Below are positions 34,891 through 48,621 of a DNA stretch of 64,000 nucleotides, in pieces. The stretch's first letter is position 1; every line of letters begins with the position of its first letter. The stretch is from contig JAUFOQ010000001.1 of assembly GCA_040285855.1 (NCBI GenBank), positions 806,001-870,000 on the forward strand. The letters run 5' to 3'. Position numbers and translations under genes: made by a program. The stretch comes from Eukaryota sp. GEM-RC1 (taxonomy: Eukaryota). Under the pieces are notes generated by a model. The model searched no databases and had not been told where the DNA came from. It was given only the letters and a program-made list of their open reading frames with translations.

Positions 34891-37178
34891 TTAAGGCCGA
34901 CTAAGTTGGCTTACTCCCACTATGTTAACTGAGGCATTAACTTTTAACGACTCTGCCAAAGCTCTAGCACCGTCACTTTCGATAGAGTTTGCATTGAGTC
35001 CAACACGTGTAACTGAAGAATTGACTTTCAACGCCTCTGCCAATGCTCTAGCACCATCATCTCCAATAAAGTTTGCGCTCAATCCAACACTTGTTACTGA
35101 AGTATTAACATTCAACGCCTCTGCCAATGCTCTAGCACCATCATCTCCAATAATGTTTGCACTCAGTCCAACACTTGTAACTGAAGTATTAACTTTCAAC
35201 GCTTCGGCCAAAGCTCTAGCACCATCAATTCCAATAGAGTTTGCACTCAGTCCAACACTTGTAACTGAAGTATTAACTTTCAACGCACATGCCAAAGCTT
35301 TTGCACCAACATCTCCAATTGAGTTTCCATTAAGTCCAACACTTGTAACTGAATTATTGACTTTCAACGTATCTGCCAAAGCTCTAGCACCATAAATTCC
35401 AATAGAATTTGCACTCAGTCCAACACTTGTAACTGAATTATTCACTTTCAACGCCTCTGCCAAAGCTCTAGCACCGTCATCGCCAATAGAATTTGCATTC
35501 AGTCCAACACTTGTAACTGAAGTATTAACTTTCAACGCCTCTGCCAAAGCTCTAGCACCGGCATCGCCAATAGAGTTTACACTCAGTACAATATTTCTAA
35601 CTGAAGTATTAACTTTCAACGCCTCTGCCAAAGCTCTAGCACAGTCATCACCAATACAGTTTTTACTAAGAAAAATACTTGTAACTGAAGTATTAACTTT
35701 TAAAACCTCTGCCAAAGCCCTGACACCATCATCTCTAATACAGTAGTTACGCAGATCCGCAATTAAAACATTATCATCTCTTACTGCTACCAGTACCTCC
35801 TTAACTTTTGGATCCAAGTATTTCCACTGATCCTCGTCAAAGTTCAATGAATTCTGGTAATTTGGTTTATGTTCTTCACGAGTAGCACTGAAGGGAATAA
35901 CGTGTTCATCTGAGTCTTCATCAGATGACCAGTAGAGCAAAGAGCTCTTTTGGGAGACTTTCTGATTAGATGGCTGGCTCTCAATGAGTTGATTCTGCAG
36001 TGGACGGCTAATTTCAATGAGAGATTGTTTATGATAGTCGCAATCATTTTCTAAGTTTGAAATCGATTTTAAATGTTGTTTAGAAAGGTCAAAATATTGT
36101 TGTTTCACACAACTTTTTCATTAAGCAATTGTACGTTCTTAGCTTGCGATTGATTTTTAACTTCAAGACAATCACAGTGTTTTACTAATACAGACTGTTC
36201 AAGTTGTTGCGGTGTAGGTTCAGAGAAACTTGTATTTTCTAAAATTTGAATAATTTGACAAATTTGAGGTCGTAGAATTGGATCTGCATTTAGACATTGT
36301 TTAATGACATTGGTCAATGGAGCTGGGACAGTTTTATCAAAAGGTAAAGAAATGTCCCTTTGTTTAACTCCAAAAGACCATACATAGAAGCACTATACAA
36401 CGCGTGCTTATTTTGGAACAATTCATACAACAGAATTCCAAGGGAATATATATCACTTTGTGGAGTGACAATGTTTTCGAACTGCTCGGGTGCGGTATAT
36501 CGTAAAGTCATGGCGGCAGTTTTAAGAAGAGCTGAAGTGGAAACAATGTTCCTAGAAGTTCCAAAATCAGCGATCCTGATTCTCCCATCCACCATTAACA
36601 CATTCACCGGCTTGAGTTCTCCATGGACAACAGACTTACTATGAAGATAGCTGATACCTTGACATAGTTCCTTGGCATATTCGACAGTGAGGAAAGAGAA
36701 AGAGTTGGGGGAGGGGGAGGGAAGAAGAAGCTCTTTCCATTACGATTCCGATACGATCTTCCCAAGAGCAGAGACCATAGACACGGAGAACAGCAGGGTG
36801 ATTTAGGTGAACAAGAAGGTTCATCTGCTTCTTTAGTTTGACTCTTCCTTTTTCAGTGAGGGATACCATTTTAACAGCAACTGGAATCTTGCACCACTCC
36901 GCAGCATACACCACAGCGCAACCTCCTTCGGCGATCTGATCAAGGAGTTCAATATCATCCGATCGAATTTCTGGACATAGATCTCCGTTACGAGCTGTCT
37001 CCACAAGTACTCTGAGAGCATAGTTCACACGCTTCTCGGAAGGACATTTCTTTCGACAAATTGGACAGTTATTTAAAGGAGAAGCGCAATGAGAACATGC
37101 AGTATGCCCAAGTTTACATAGAAGCAATGGTATGCGATCAGAAAGGTTGAAGGAGTCACAGCAGATGAAACAATCCAT
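34891..37178 (-). pseudogene. RING finger - protein kinase - coiled coil - LRR (10 x 28 aa) gene, three frameshifts
   Basis: Colinear with the intact paralog at 48622-50628. Frameshifts at ~36715 (G run), ~36375 and ~36107. The catalytic loop reads HGELKPVN instead of HGDLKPGN. Confidence 0.88.
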
Positions 37179-38130
37179 AGCAAAAGTGCTGAAAAGAGCA
37201 TCATTTAAACACAATTTAAAACCAAACATTATAAATACAGTACACTGTACCCCAGGGCATGGGAATTTATATTTAAATAAAATGGAATACTTTCTCTTGA
37301 ATAAACAAATATGAGGTCTTGCAAATAAGCGAAAATAATTTATTGCAATTATTTGAAATATTTATCAAATCCTAGACTTGATTGACGAGTTGATAGAAGT
37401 TTTAACTTTGAGTAAATTTTCTAATTTGTAGAAATATCCCAAATAACACGATTTACATGTACATTCCAGACAGTCATATGACCCGTGAGTGAAGTCAAGT
37501 CAGTCTATTGTTTCATGAGTCAGTTCAACTCAAGTTGACTCAACTTCTCAAATTATAACACTAAACAAGATGTATCATCACAATCCCCTATGGTAATAAC
37601 ACTAATATGTAGACTTAAATAAGATGTGAAAATGCCCTCAAATATTTGATTATCTCGATTATTATTATTCAAGAAACACTTGGTCAATTTTTGAAAATAT
37701 TCTATATAAGAACACACGATATTAAATATCCTGTATTTTTTCCCATCAGATTTCATCTGAACAATTTAAACAATTGGAATGTATATTTCAATAAGCATTT
37801 TTAATTAAACGAACTCAAAAATTAAATGACTAGACGGATCGTGGAAACGTTTTTAATTTGGTTAGCTGGCACAACCTTGAATCGGCAGTAAATGGATTCA
37901 TGTTATGGTTTTTGGTTCGCTGAAAAAATGGCATGTATTTAGAAGTTCAAAATTTTGATCCAATCTCAACATAAATGAAGATCATAATCTGACAAAGATG
38001 AACAAAAATAGTTGTATTCCACTAAATTCAATGTGTCAAATATTTTGGAATTTTGAACAGTCATCAATGAGTTTATCAACAATCAACTATCATTTTCCAT
38101 TTTCGGCACTTTGGAAACAAGAAAACCTGA

Positions 38131-38240
38131 TATATATAGCACTGTATTAAAACATATTAGGGCTGACTAAGTTGATTTACTTTCGCTATTTTAACTGAAG
38201 CATTAACTTTTAACGTCTCTGGCAAAGTGCTAGCACGATA
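38131..38240 (-). pseudogene. Detached 3' end of a RING-kinase-LRR paralog
   Basis: Similar to 34868-34970 (TATATAGCACTGTATTAAAACATATTA plus the last LRR). Confidence 0.7.
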
Positions 38241-38835
38241 AATTCTTCTAACAGTTGCATACATCATTTAAACATATTATATTTTCATATTTCTTAGTTT
38301 CCCTGTCATTTTTAAACAATGTTGACTAATTGAACTAATTCCATGACAGTTAAATAATTGTACATGTATCAGCTTAGAATTATCAATATTTAACATTGTT
38401 GGACTGTGGTAAATTGTTACAATTGTTGAAACCATCCTTCGATATCACAAATATCACAACAGACCTCTTTTCTGCATCTACAGCAATGTAAGGAATAAAA
38501 TCATTTAAAGATTTGTGTTATCCATTGTCCAGAAATTAGTCACGAATTGAAAGTATTGTTTCATTCTTGTTTTAATAAATCCTGAGAAATACCGATTATA
38601 ATGTAGTTATATCACCAATGAAAATTCAGCAAACAACTGGCCTTCCTGAGGTACCGCCAGACCTAGCTGTTATTGCCTACCTTATATTACATCTATCCTA
38701 TATGTAGTTTAATTTCACACGTACTTCTGCTATACAAAGACATGAAAAGAGAAAGACTAATGTTATAAGAAACACGTGTCTACAGATAGTTCTACCTTCT
38801 ACTTTAGTTCATAAACCTAAACATTTTCGAACACT

Positions 38836-40350
38836 CAGACCAGGAATGTGTATCGATAAAATCTTATTGTTCGATAACTATATATCTACACCGATGTTTT
38901 CAATTAGTCTCACTAACAAATTAGTCTCACTAGAAGTTAGTCTCAGTGAGACTAATTCCGATATGAGAGTTTCAAATTGGTCCTTCATAAAAGAACTTTT
39001 TATCACTTTCTTAACACAAGCTTCCAATATCTGTTCATTCTCCCTCACCACTTTTGGCTTCCTTTGCGACTATACAGCCCAGGGAAGCTTCTAGTGATGT
39101 ACAAATTCATTAAAGAAGTCTGGACAAAGTTATGGGAGAAGAAAAAGTTGCGAATGATTCAAGCAAATCAATGGACTCCAAACTCAGGAAAACTGCCCAA
39201 TCCTGGAAAATACTATTTTCTTCAATTGACATCCGAAACAATACAGAAGGTAAATGTGATGAAGGACAAGAATGGAGTGAATTATGCTAGAAAAGCCATG
39301 ATTCGATGTGGTATGTCTAAAGATGTTACTGGTGTTTGGCATGAGCATCAGTTGTCTGTTGATCTTCAAGAAATCGTCAAGAAACACCGTAGTTACTTCG
39401 AACAAGCACAAATGGATGAAGAACAAGAACAAGTGATTGATGATGTTATTCAATTGGATTAGGGTTATTGTTGTTCAATGTTTTCATTATCATAAATGAT
39501 TTTATTTAGTGAGACTAATACAATTCCGAAATAATTAGTCTCAGTGAGACTATTTGCAATTAGTCTCACTAGAAATTAGTCTCAGTGAGACTAATTCCGA
39601 TATGTGACCAGTGAAAATGAAGTACGGAATTAGTCTCAGTGAGACTAATTGAAAACATCGGTGTAGTTATCGATATCTTATCGACCCGACAATTCGGAAA
39701 GATACATTTATCGACTGTCTCCAACAGTATTCCGATATAATGTGATAAATAAGATAAAGTTTTGGAGACAAAATAGACCATTACCCTGGTTTCCAATTCT
39801 CAAAAAAATGGATTCAAAATTGTAGTAAGGACTGATAAATGATGTTGGAGAAAATGTTTACTGCTGCACAATTACATTTGACCCATGAGTTGTTCAAAAA
39901 GACCTTGGTGAAGGCTATGCCAAGGTTGCCAATTTCTACTTTAGGCTCGTTAATTTTGTCCCAACCCCATCAAAAGCTGAGTATAGAGATACGCTTGCTT
40001 GGAAATGTGTTAAGTGTCCTGAAGAGACGTACTGCTGGGTGTCCAAGATAGCTGGATACACCAATCTCTGCTCTCATACCAAAACACACCAATTTCCAGT
40101 TGACGATTCACTTAGGAAAGAAGCCACTGGTCCTATGGACGATCATGTTGTCCACTCTCCTCCATCTCCTTACATCAATAGAGTTTTCGTTTCCTTGGAC
40201 CTCCTCATTATGGGCCAAAGATCCTTTATGTTTGTTGAAGACTACGTACTTGCTTCCTATCTCAACTTTAAACCAGTTTGCCGTACCACTTTAATTAAGT
40301 ACTTCAAGCTCCTCTACACGCAGGTAGAAGTTATTTGCAAAAAATATTGA
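38836..40350 (+). mobile_element. hAT-like transposon 5' remnant with a BED zinc finger, interrupted by the pogo-like element
   Basis: WKCVKC..GYTNLCSHTKTH and SFMFVED..NFKPVCRTTLIKY at ~39995-40350. ATCGATA-type subterminal repeats lie on both sides of the pogo insertion. The left boundary is approximate. Confidence 0.55.
38889..39663 (+). mobile_element. Internally deleted TA-target TIR transposon (pogo/DDE_1-like)
   Basis: 26-bp perfect TIR CACCGATGTTTTCAATTAGTCTCACT, TA on both sides, and many ATTAGTCTCA subterminal copies. Retains a transposase-like C-terminal fragment (SGKLPNPGK..YARKAMIRCG). Confidence 0.82.
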
Positions 40351-40419
40351 TAATCTTCAGATCTAAATTCCAATCCTTCATGTTTAGATCCATCTTCAAA
40401 TTTCGTTAACTACACCCTC

Positions 40420-41433
40420 CCTATGCTGTGTTGGGACTCGTTGATACCGCCAATCTTCAAACTACATCTTCACGTTTCCATATCCCAGCCAGTATATCTA
40501 TATCTATATCCCAGTCAAATGTTTCTCGTTGGCTGAAAGATTGTCTTGACTCTGACAAAACGGAAACACGAGGAAGAAAGAAGCTCTTTTCAGATGATGA
40601 GGTCTCTACTCTTCTTGAAGTAGGGAAGTCATCACCTATGCTGTTCTTATACGAACTGCAGCAACTTACTAGTACATAATTCAATAAAGATGTTTCACTT
40701 TCCACTATGGGAAGAGTACTGAAAGGAGCTGGTCTAAGCCACAAAGCAGCATCATTTGTTATGTACAAAATCAAGGCACATCTTATAGTTTCTTTTGAGC
40801 AGCGAAGTTAAAAACATGTTAGTATAATAATACAGAAACAACTATTATTTATTGACGAGGTCTCCTTCATACAAGAACACTTTCATCGCTTGTTTGGATG
40901 GTCTCTAAAATCAACACCTGTATTGGGATTAAAAAACAAGTTCCCCGAGCGTCAACTGTCCTTAATTGTAGCCATTGATGTGCAAGGTTATGAAACTTCA
41001 TTTCTCCAAGAAGGACACTACAACCGCTGTGGCTTTGTCGACTTTCTTCCTCACATCACAGGTTGTGGCACCACATCTCGTTTTCCTGGTCCCCGTTCTG
41101 TGATAGTTTTAGATGGTTGCAATATCCACAGAAGTTTGGATACCTATGAAGGTATTCGAAAGAGTGGTCTCCATTACTTTATACTTCCTCCTTACTCACT
41201 GGAAAGTAACCCCATTGAGACATTCTTTTCAATGTTACGAAAATCAAAAATCAATCAGGGATCTATCCTTTCGATTCCCAGATGTTTCACCGTTTGACCT
41301 CATTAAAACCGGATTAGAGAGTTTAAGAGGTTATGATTGTCGGCGATTGTTCGATAAGGCTGGGTGGAAACAAAAATGTTTTTATCGTTGGCCATATTTA
41401 AGCGAGGAACAACTTTTTCAATATGTTGAATAA
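40420..41433 (+). pseudogene. IS630/Tc1-family DD34E transposase, disrupted
   Basis: HTH SQSNVSRW..RGRKKL, IFIDEVSF, FGWS, VIVLDGCNIH and LPPYSLESNPIE. 34 residues separate the second D and the E. Confidence 0.9.
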
Positions 41434-41459
41434 TTGAAATATAGTTAAATATTATTTAT

Positions 41460-42107
41460 TCACCTAAAGGATGGTTATTTTCTGCGTCCAGAGTATTGCG
41501 AAAGTTTCTATGAGCGCCATGGGATACGCTAGATGGCTGAGGAGGTGAACTATTCAGCGAAAGTATATAATGTGGCAGGTCTGCATTAAGTTAGATCATA
41601 AGGCTACTTCTAAAATACTTGATCTGATCAATTTGGGCAAGTCTCTGATTGACGTACTGCACAATTTGATCAGACTGAAGAATTTGTGTTCGAAGGCGCA
41701 TATTTCATGATTTCAGATGCAATTGTGATGATGTCCCGGATTTCACCTGCCTCATACATCATTTTCATTTTCCTCCAAGCGTGATTTGGCAGAGCAAGAG
41801 TTACATGAGTACTTTACAAGTCTTCAATGCTGATACATCGTCTTTCTTTCTCTTGAGTTGCTTTGAGGAACGCTTGATAAGCGTGCCTGTCTACTTTTAT
41901 GAAGATCTTTATGCTGAGATAATTTTGTTCTCCAAGCCACTTCTTCAGTATAGTCTTAGAGAAGGAGTTTCCTTTCTGCCAACCTAATCCTCTGACGTCT
42001 TCTTTTTTTGCGGATAGTTCCAAATCTGTATCTGGAACTAAAGTGGTAGTCTCTTCAGCAGCAGCACGGAAAGTTGGTGCCAAAAACGCAAGTTTTCGGG
42101 GGTGCAT
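41460..42107 (-). pseudogene. Unknown passenger ORF convergent with the IS630/Tc1 transposase (homolog of 22110-22772)
   Basis: GLGWQKGNSFSKTILKKW, STHVTLALPN and LPKLIRS. Confidence 0.55.
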
Positions 42108-42599
42108 TCATTGCAGTCTTTAAGGTAGATAAGCCGTACGTCAGAATAAAAGAATTTAGACGAGCTTACATATTTATTGTACTTGAGATGCAGATCATAA
42201 TACTGGTAGTTGGAATCATCTTCTCAAGACCATACAACACAAGGGTTGAACGATCAGAAGCGGCTGCTTAAGTGCTGTACCAAAATGATTCATCAGTAAT
42301 GGAAGAAGAAAATTGTGCAGGTAAATTGTCCAACTGTCATAATTTTGTATGTTCCCAGCATCTAGACTTAAGAGATAGAACTCGAGGCTGTATAGGAGAG
42401 ATGTAAAGACAGAGGGATATATGATGTATACAGCGTACGAGACATGATGAATGTTGTGATATTTGAGGAAAGAATTGAACATAGTAATCAAACAGCAGGA
42501 TCTGGATATGGATTTGGTATGCATTTATGTTGAACATCACTTCAGGTTGAAGACGTTGCTAGATCTTTGCCCAAAAAATTGGACTAATAATAGACGGTT

Positions 42600-43143
42600 G
42601 GTTTGAACCCTCACGGAGCTACGAATATGTCGGTATTTTTGCAGTCGGGCCTGGTCTTACTAAACCCATTCTTTTGGCTCTTACTCCTTTTGAAACTGAC
42701 CTAGAAGTGACGGAACAACAACCATATGATGAAAGGCAAACCCTCCTCGGTGCTGACGAGTACGCTGATATTATTGACGGCATCCTTGCAGCATACTACC
42801 ATCAGCCTCAGACTACTGATGGCCAAACATACTCATCAACCTTCACTCAAACATATCAACTTACCCGAGCTATCATAAAACAGCCTAGTGCTCCAAATCA
42901 TCCACTCCTCACTCAGGTCAACTGTACGCCTTCAAACTAGGGGTACAGTTGACTTTCGAGTGGCTCCACACTGATACAATGGGACATTTCCCAACAGATT
43001 CGTCTGGATTCAGTTACGTTTTAGTGTTCATTGACACCTTCGCTCGTTTCACATACCCGTCTAAAGACTGTGTTCATGCCTTGATTGAATCAGTCTGGTT
43101 TATCGCTAAATTTCGAAAGACAGTAAGCGCAAAGAGAAAGTAA
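42600..43143 (+). pseudogene. LTR-retrotransposon integrase remnant
   Basis: FEWLHTDTMGHFPTDSSGFSYVLVFIDTFARFTY aligns with FARLNVDTIGPLPKDQNGNQFLLVFVDSFTRYT. Confidence 0.8.
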
Positions 43144-43201
43144 TTCAGCTCATTCAATTCTATTGCTTTTATGCATCTAATTTTGGAACAGTTAAAGCGT
43201 T

Positions 43202-43980
43202 TTAATTGTGCAGATACTTTTCGACATGCAGGCTAGAGAGAAAATCAATTTTATCATTCCCCTTACTTGACAAAAACCGTTTTGAAACAGCACCTTGACC
43301 GTTGAATCTATTTACTAAGAATATATAGTTTTGTAAGAATAAAAGTAATCTTTTATGATAAACAACATCTAAACCAGTGAGCTTTCTGAGAGCACTGACA
43401 TTAACTGCAGCGTAGAATTGCTCAACTAACACACGGGACAATGACGCCTTCTGAACTGATCTTTTTTTAGCCGTTCGTTCAAAAACGAAGCATCTCATCT
43501 TTTCCGATCAATATCATCGATACGTCGAGCAAGTTCCTCAGCCAAAAAACCCATTTCAAATCCATCAGTTGGATCATCAATGGGCAGGTCACCATTCCGA
43601 AAATGATGAGAGATGTCTCCTGGAACAGAGTTCGCTTTGATTGCAGAATTCAAGGAGAACATTTCCATGAGTTCCAAGCATTATCTGGTGCATTGAGCTT
43701 GGGATTCAACTCTGTTAATAGCTTGAAATCAATGCTGCGTACTGTTGTAGTTGTAGATTTGTGTAATTTCATATTAGGTTTTCATCTTCCCCCTTACATC
43801 CAAAGAGGTTCTTCCCATATATAAAAAGGTTCTCCTCTCATTGTATGTTACACCACCGTTCACAAAGACCGACAGTACTTTTGTTTTCAGATGCTTTTTT
43901 AAAAGCAGTTTAATCAGCGGGTGAGACGTTGTCTGGAGCAACACAGATATCGAATACAAATTTCTGCCTTTTTTCTGCAT
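43202..43980 (-). pseudogene. Orphan ORF in three pieces; function unknown
   Basis: Consecutive minus-strand ORFs with protein-like composition. Confidence 0.35.
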
Positions 43981-44699
43981 TAGGAGTAGACCAATTTCTT
44001 ACCCAAACAGAAATGGTTTCTACGGTTATTTTAGAGTAGTCGTAGGTCTCTGTAGTGAAATAACTTCTACAATATACTTATACTTTTCCTGAAAATGGAT
44101 CATTAAAAAACGTCACTTCAAATCAATGAAGATTCAGAAGTACAAAAATGACTCTTTTATCTAAAGATGAGAATAGGTGGTCAAAAGTTTTGAAAAAGAA
44201 CCAAAGTGAGGGAAATTACTTCATCCACTGAGAGAAATTAAATACTGAACTGCTGGATTTGATACATTTAGAAATGATTTCTGATTTCCGTGAGTGGTGA
44301 AGTAATATTCTTATGAATAATGACAGTTATTAAATGAAACAATTCCAACACTTACGAAATAACAACTAACTTTCCACTTATAAACACATGCTTTCACCAA
44401 GGATTTATCACTTAGAACAATACCCGATACTATTACTGAAAGAAATCATCTTACCAGAGTTGTATATAATCTACTCACCAAATGAATTGATTTCCATTGC
44501 TCAAGTCAACAATCGAATCAAATATAATTTGGATTTACTATTGGCGATTGTACATATAGTTTTTAAATAAGCATCAAAACATAACAACAACATTTCAAAA
44601 ATGTACATGAAAGACGTCACCCACATGTCTTTCCTCATTCTAACAAACGACAAGAAATGACGTGATCAAGTTTCTCCCATCACGTGTACAGAGCTCATG

Positions 44700-45635
44700 G
44701 GCACGGAACTACAAGTTAAGGTGGTCAGATAGACGACGCGTTAAAAGATGATAGATCTACTAACGGGGGAAAACAAGTTTGTAACGATCACAGCGAAGAT
44801 TTAGACTGAGAGATGAAGACCAAGACGAGTTTCAAGTCTTGTTTATGAGGAAGATGAAGAGAAGTCGGAGTAAGTGGAAGAAGAAGTGATATTCAGAAGA
44901 TGTTGATGTAACTCAGCTAGGAGCAAACGTTGAGGGAGAGCGAGTGGTGATGGAGGTACGAGTAGGAACATGAAGACACATGACCGAGAATTGCGAACCT
45001 TTGTACGTTGTAGCTGTACCTTCGTGAACGAGAAGTACGGAGAGGAAAGAATCAAACCAGTGCGGTGACCAAACAGTGGTAACGGAGTGATATGGACAAG
45101 AGGGAGCGACAAAGAGGTGAGAAATAGATTCAAGAACAAGAGAGACTCAGGAGAAAGACATGATTGAACGAACAGACGTTCAACAAACGTTGATGTTAGT
45201 TCTAGATGAAGAGAATACATCTTTCATGTCCACTTCTACTCTTGATCTTCTCCCTTCGATAAGTGACGTCGTCTCGTGCCTCCAATTGATCTCCATCATC
45301 CGTTCTCTTGTTTCTTTGTTTTCTTACTTGAAGACACTCACTTGATATTCACTCATTACTTGTGCTCCTCCTTCATGACTCTCGCAACCGCTGCAGCTCT
45401 TTTGCCTAGGATTAGAGGATGTTCTATCTTTTGTTTGTCAACATCCCTCTCATGTCCCTACATTTGACACATTTGGTCTTCTTGTATGTTTCTCTTTTGG
45501 GGTTGTTGAGACTTCTTTCGGTTCATATTTGGTTAGTTCAGACTTTCAACTTCTCTTTAACTTTGATTGTTGGTCTATCACAAGTTTTTTGTTTTATAAC
45601 AAAACACGATAATGAAAGTAAGTTTTATTATTATA
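44700..45635. repeat. Uninterrupted copy of the purine/pyrimidine-skewed dispersed repeat
   Basis: Shares ATTCAAGAACAAGAGAGACTCAG, CCCTTCGATAAGTGACG, CCATCATCCGTTCTCTTG and terminal CACGATAATGAAAGTAAGTTTT with the flanks of the LTR element. Confidence 0.8.
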
Positions 45636-45881
45636 TTTCAAAAAAATGATCAATTTTAGCGCTCTACAATTTCAATTTTTGAATGTTGTACTAACATCCA
45701 CTGTTAAGATTATTGTGAGTAATTACATGACTCAGTTTGCACTGTTTGAGTTCGACAATCGGTCTCTATCAGTTCAACTTTTGATTTGAGTTCTTCTTCT
45801 CTTTGAACTATTGTTCCATTATGTGATTTCCTGAAAAAATCAACAAAGAGAATTAGTAACAAAGATAATTTTATAATACAC

Positions 45882-46250
45882 CTACAACACCATCATCTCC
45901 AGTTCTTTCAAGTGTTCTAGGGAGTTAGTGTATCTTAACATATTGGAACGATGGGGTTCTTTATGACTGGGCATACACATAGAGGCGATAAGTCCCTTTT
46001 CTCCGCAGTTGAAGCATAACTTTTTTGACAGTGCTTTACATAGCGAAATTTCTTTAAAATCAGGTGTTTCTACCATGTCAGACGAAAAAGACGATCGACT
46101 GCGAGACTTTCATTGGTATACTCGTTCGAAGTCAGTGAGTTTTGAGAGACTCGGAGAGATACGAGATAGTATAGACTTCGGAAGACCTACTGAAACAGCA
46201 TGTCACTTTAGATTATGCATCGTACTCTCAGAAACTGCCTGAACTTCAAT
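45882..46250 (-). pseudogene. gag remnant with a degenerate zinc knuckle
   Basis: LCFNCGEKGLIASMC. Confidence 0.5.
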
Positions 46251-46661
46251 GAATAAAGCTCGTTTGGTTGCCATTTCGGTGTTCACTATTTTTTCATTAA
46301 AGACAGTTGACCCTACTGTACTCATAGCAGGTCTGTAGTTTAAAATTGTTATCATGTGGAAACTTCAATTACGAACATCAATTTCTAGGGCATCCACGTT
46401 ACCAAGAAACTCTAAATGATTTTTTACACTCGGTGCTACAGAGAACTATGGATTCTTACATGATGGGTTTTTACCAGTAGTCTGATTTAAACCAATGATT
46501 TCTTATCGACACTGATCCTTACTGTTGAAGGAACATACTCATGGTTTCTTGCCGTATCATCGGTATTCTGTTCTTTTGGAGCGGATGAGAAACTGGGTTC
46601 AGTGAAGTCATATAACATTGTCTGAATGTTTGTCTGTCAGTAATCTCATTAGTGGCTTTTT

Positions 46662-47126
46662 CTACCAAGATTGCGAGATTTTCGATATTGTTAGTTCGAA
46701 TACATCAAGGATTCCATGATATTGCTGGTGAGTTGTCCATATGAATAGCAGTGACTCCATTGTTGTGTAAAGGTCTAGACCATCTCTTCTGACAGTGAGT
46801 TCAAAGTGATCACATAGGAGAGATATGGATTTGTCAGAAAGTTGTGTTGAAGGTAAAGGAGGTGAATTTTTGCTGTTCAAAGCAGCATGTGCTCTTTGAA
46901 TGAATTCTAGTCCTTCAGAAGTCAAGGAGTAAAGTCTCTTCTTGTTTTTTACAATCATACCTTTGCTCATAAGATTGGAAGCTTCAACCCATCCAGATTT
47001 TGGGAAGTTTGGATTGAGCGTCCGATCAGCTTCAAGTAGGGCTGTCTTCGACATTGGCTGTGAGTGATGCCACATCGCGGTAAGTAAAACCCAAGAGCTG
47101 CTATTATGTCTTGGGGTATAAGACAT
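46662..47126 (-). pseudogene. MUS81-like winged-helix domain plus the start of an ERCC4-type nuclease domain, truncated
   Basis: YTPRHNSSSWVLLTAM..MSKTALL..SGW..SNLMSKGMI..YSLTSEG resembles the MUS81 WH consensus. SISLLCDHFE resembles the LLVDxRE entry to the ERCC4 domain. No ERK motif. Confidence 0.6.
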
Positions 47127-47279
47127 ATAAGAACCAAATAAATAAGCAAACAGTCAATCTATTAATTTAGTATAAATAGACACGTTTTCAGTCATTTTTT
47201 GCTTTTAAAAAGTGATTTGTTTAATGACTTTATCTTTTGACGTTCTCTAGTATCCTGAATATTTCCTTGAATGAGTTCT

Positions 47280-48010
47280 TTATTTCCATTCAGTACATCT
47301 GTCTTCATGTCGTCCTTTGAATGTTGGACTTTCCTTTCTGGATTCTCTTCAAAGTGTTTTGTCGACCAAGATTCTTTCGAAACTGACTGTTCTAAATATG
47401 TACAACCAATTGGACACTGGTTTTGAAGAAGCTGGCAATAACGGTCAAATTCGATTGAAGTACTAGCTCGTGCACCTTTTCAAAACAATTTCATGGCTTT
47501 GTTTTACCTTTGAACGAGAGATTGTCACTGAGATGTTTACAGAGACTGATTGGTAGGTCTTTTCACCAAAAACTTCGACGATCGTACGGAATATGGCTGG
47601 ATTTCTATCACAAATCAATACTGTTTTATCGTTAATTGCAAAAATTGTCTTTCAAATTCTCTAAAAAGCTTCTCTAATGGATTACTTTTCTGTTCGAGTA
47701 ATTTCAAAAACTATAGGGAAGAATAGCTCGTCGACATCAATACCAGCCGAAGCCAACTATGTTCCCTTGTATTTTGATCTTAGATGAGTTCCATCTATAA
47801 CGATAACAGGACTTAAAAACTCAAAGCCTTCCACAAGAGGTTAGAAAGCCCTTGGAGAATTAGAATGTCATTGTGGATAAGTAGTAGCTGATATAATCAT
47901 AAACAGTAATGTACTGTTTTTGCAAATTCATATGTATCCATATGTTTCCGTAGGAAGGTTTTCTTTTGGTTACCGAATAAAATTCTTTCTCATCGTGTAA
48001 TGGTATTGAA
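47280..48010 (-). pseudogene. Highly degenerate MULE transposase
   Basis: EGFEFLSPVIVIDGTHLRSKYKGT*LASAGID at ~47730-47835. Confidence 0.75.
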
Positions 48011-48621
48011 TGAAATGTTAATTAATTTTGTGATGTAAAAGTACGATTTTCAAAAGTGTTTATTTGCAACAATACATTAATATCAATACATACTGATTTA
48101 GAAAACGAAGTCAAATTCTCCACATCAACATGAATAGTATCTCTATACAACTTGGAATAAATGGAACTTGAATAATTGGGAATTCTTCAATAAAGAGCAA
48201 ACAAACTTCGATTAGTCCATACAAACCATTAGAAATCTTGTCATTAGAACGACAAAAAATGAGAAAAATCAGTAAAAAACTTTACTCTTACTGGAACAAT
48301 ATCACCAAAAATTGAAATCGTCAATGTAACACGTACAGAGTTCGATTATGTATTGTCATTAAGCTTCTTCAAAGAATCCTTATTGGTTTGAATAACAAAT
48401 GTACAAACAATGGTATTAATCAATCCGTGTTATGGACATTTTGTATTTGTGTCAAAGAAGCTTTTTATCTTCACGAAGGTCAATAAGCTAGGAGAGGTAA
48501 TCAATTACATTGAGGGTTTTAGTTGTTTTGTTCCAAGAAGTGGGTGTGTATGTGGTTACATACTTCACACAGTTACAAAATAAAAAAAAATTAGTTTATG
48601 AAAACCTAACTATATAAAGAC

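Noticed and set aside
34922..35395. Plus-strand repetitive ORFs here and at 48632-49144
   Set aside because: They are antisense shadows of the LRR coding repeats.
38905..39652. Short palindromic repeats resembling a CRISPR array
   Set aside because: Spacing is irregular, there are no unique spacers of constant length and no cas genes. They are subterminal repeats within a TIR element.
41460..42107. Fanzor/TnpB passenger of the IS630/Tc1 element
   Set aside because: No RuvC (DxG, E, DxNA) or zinc-finger motifs are visible and the ORF is short.
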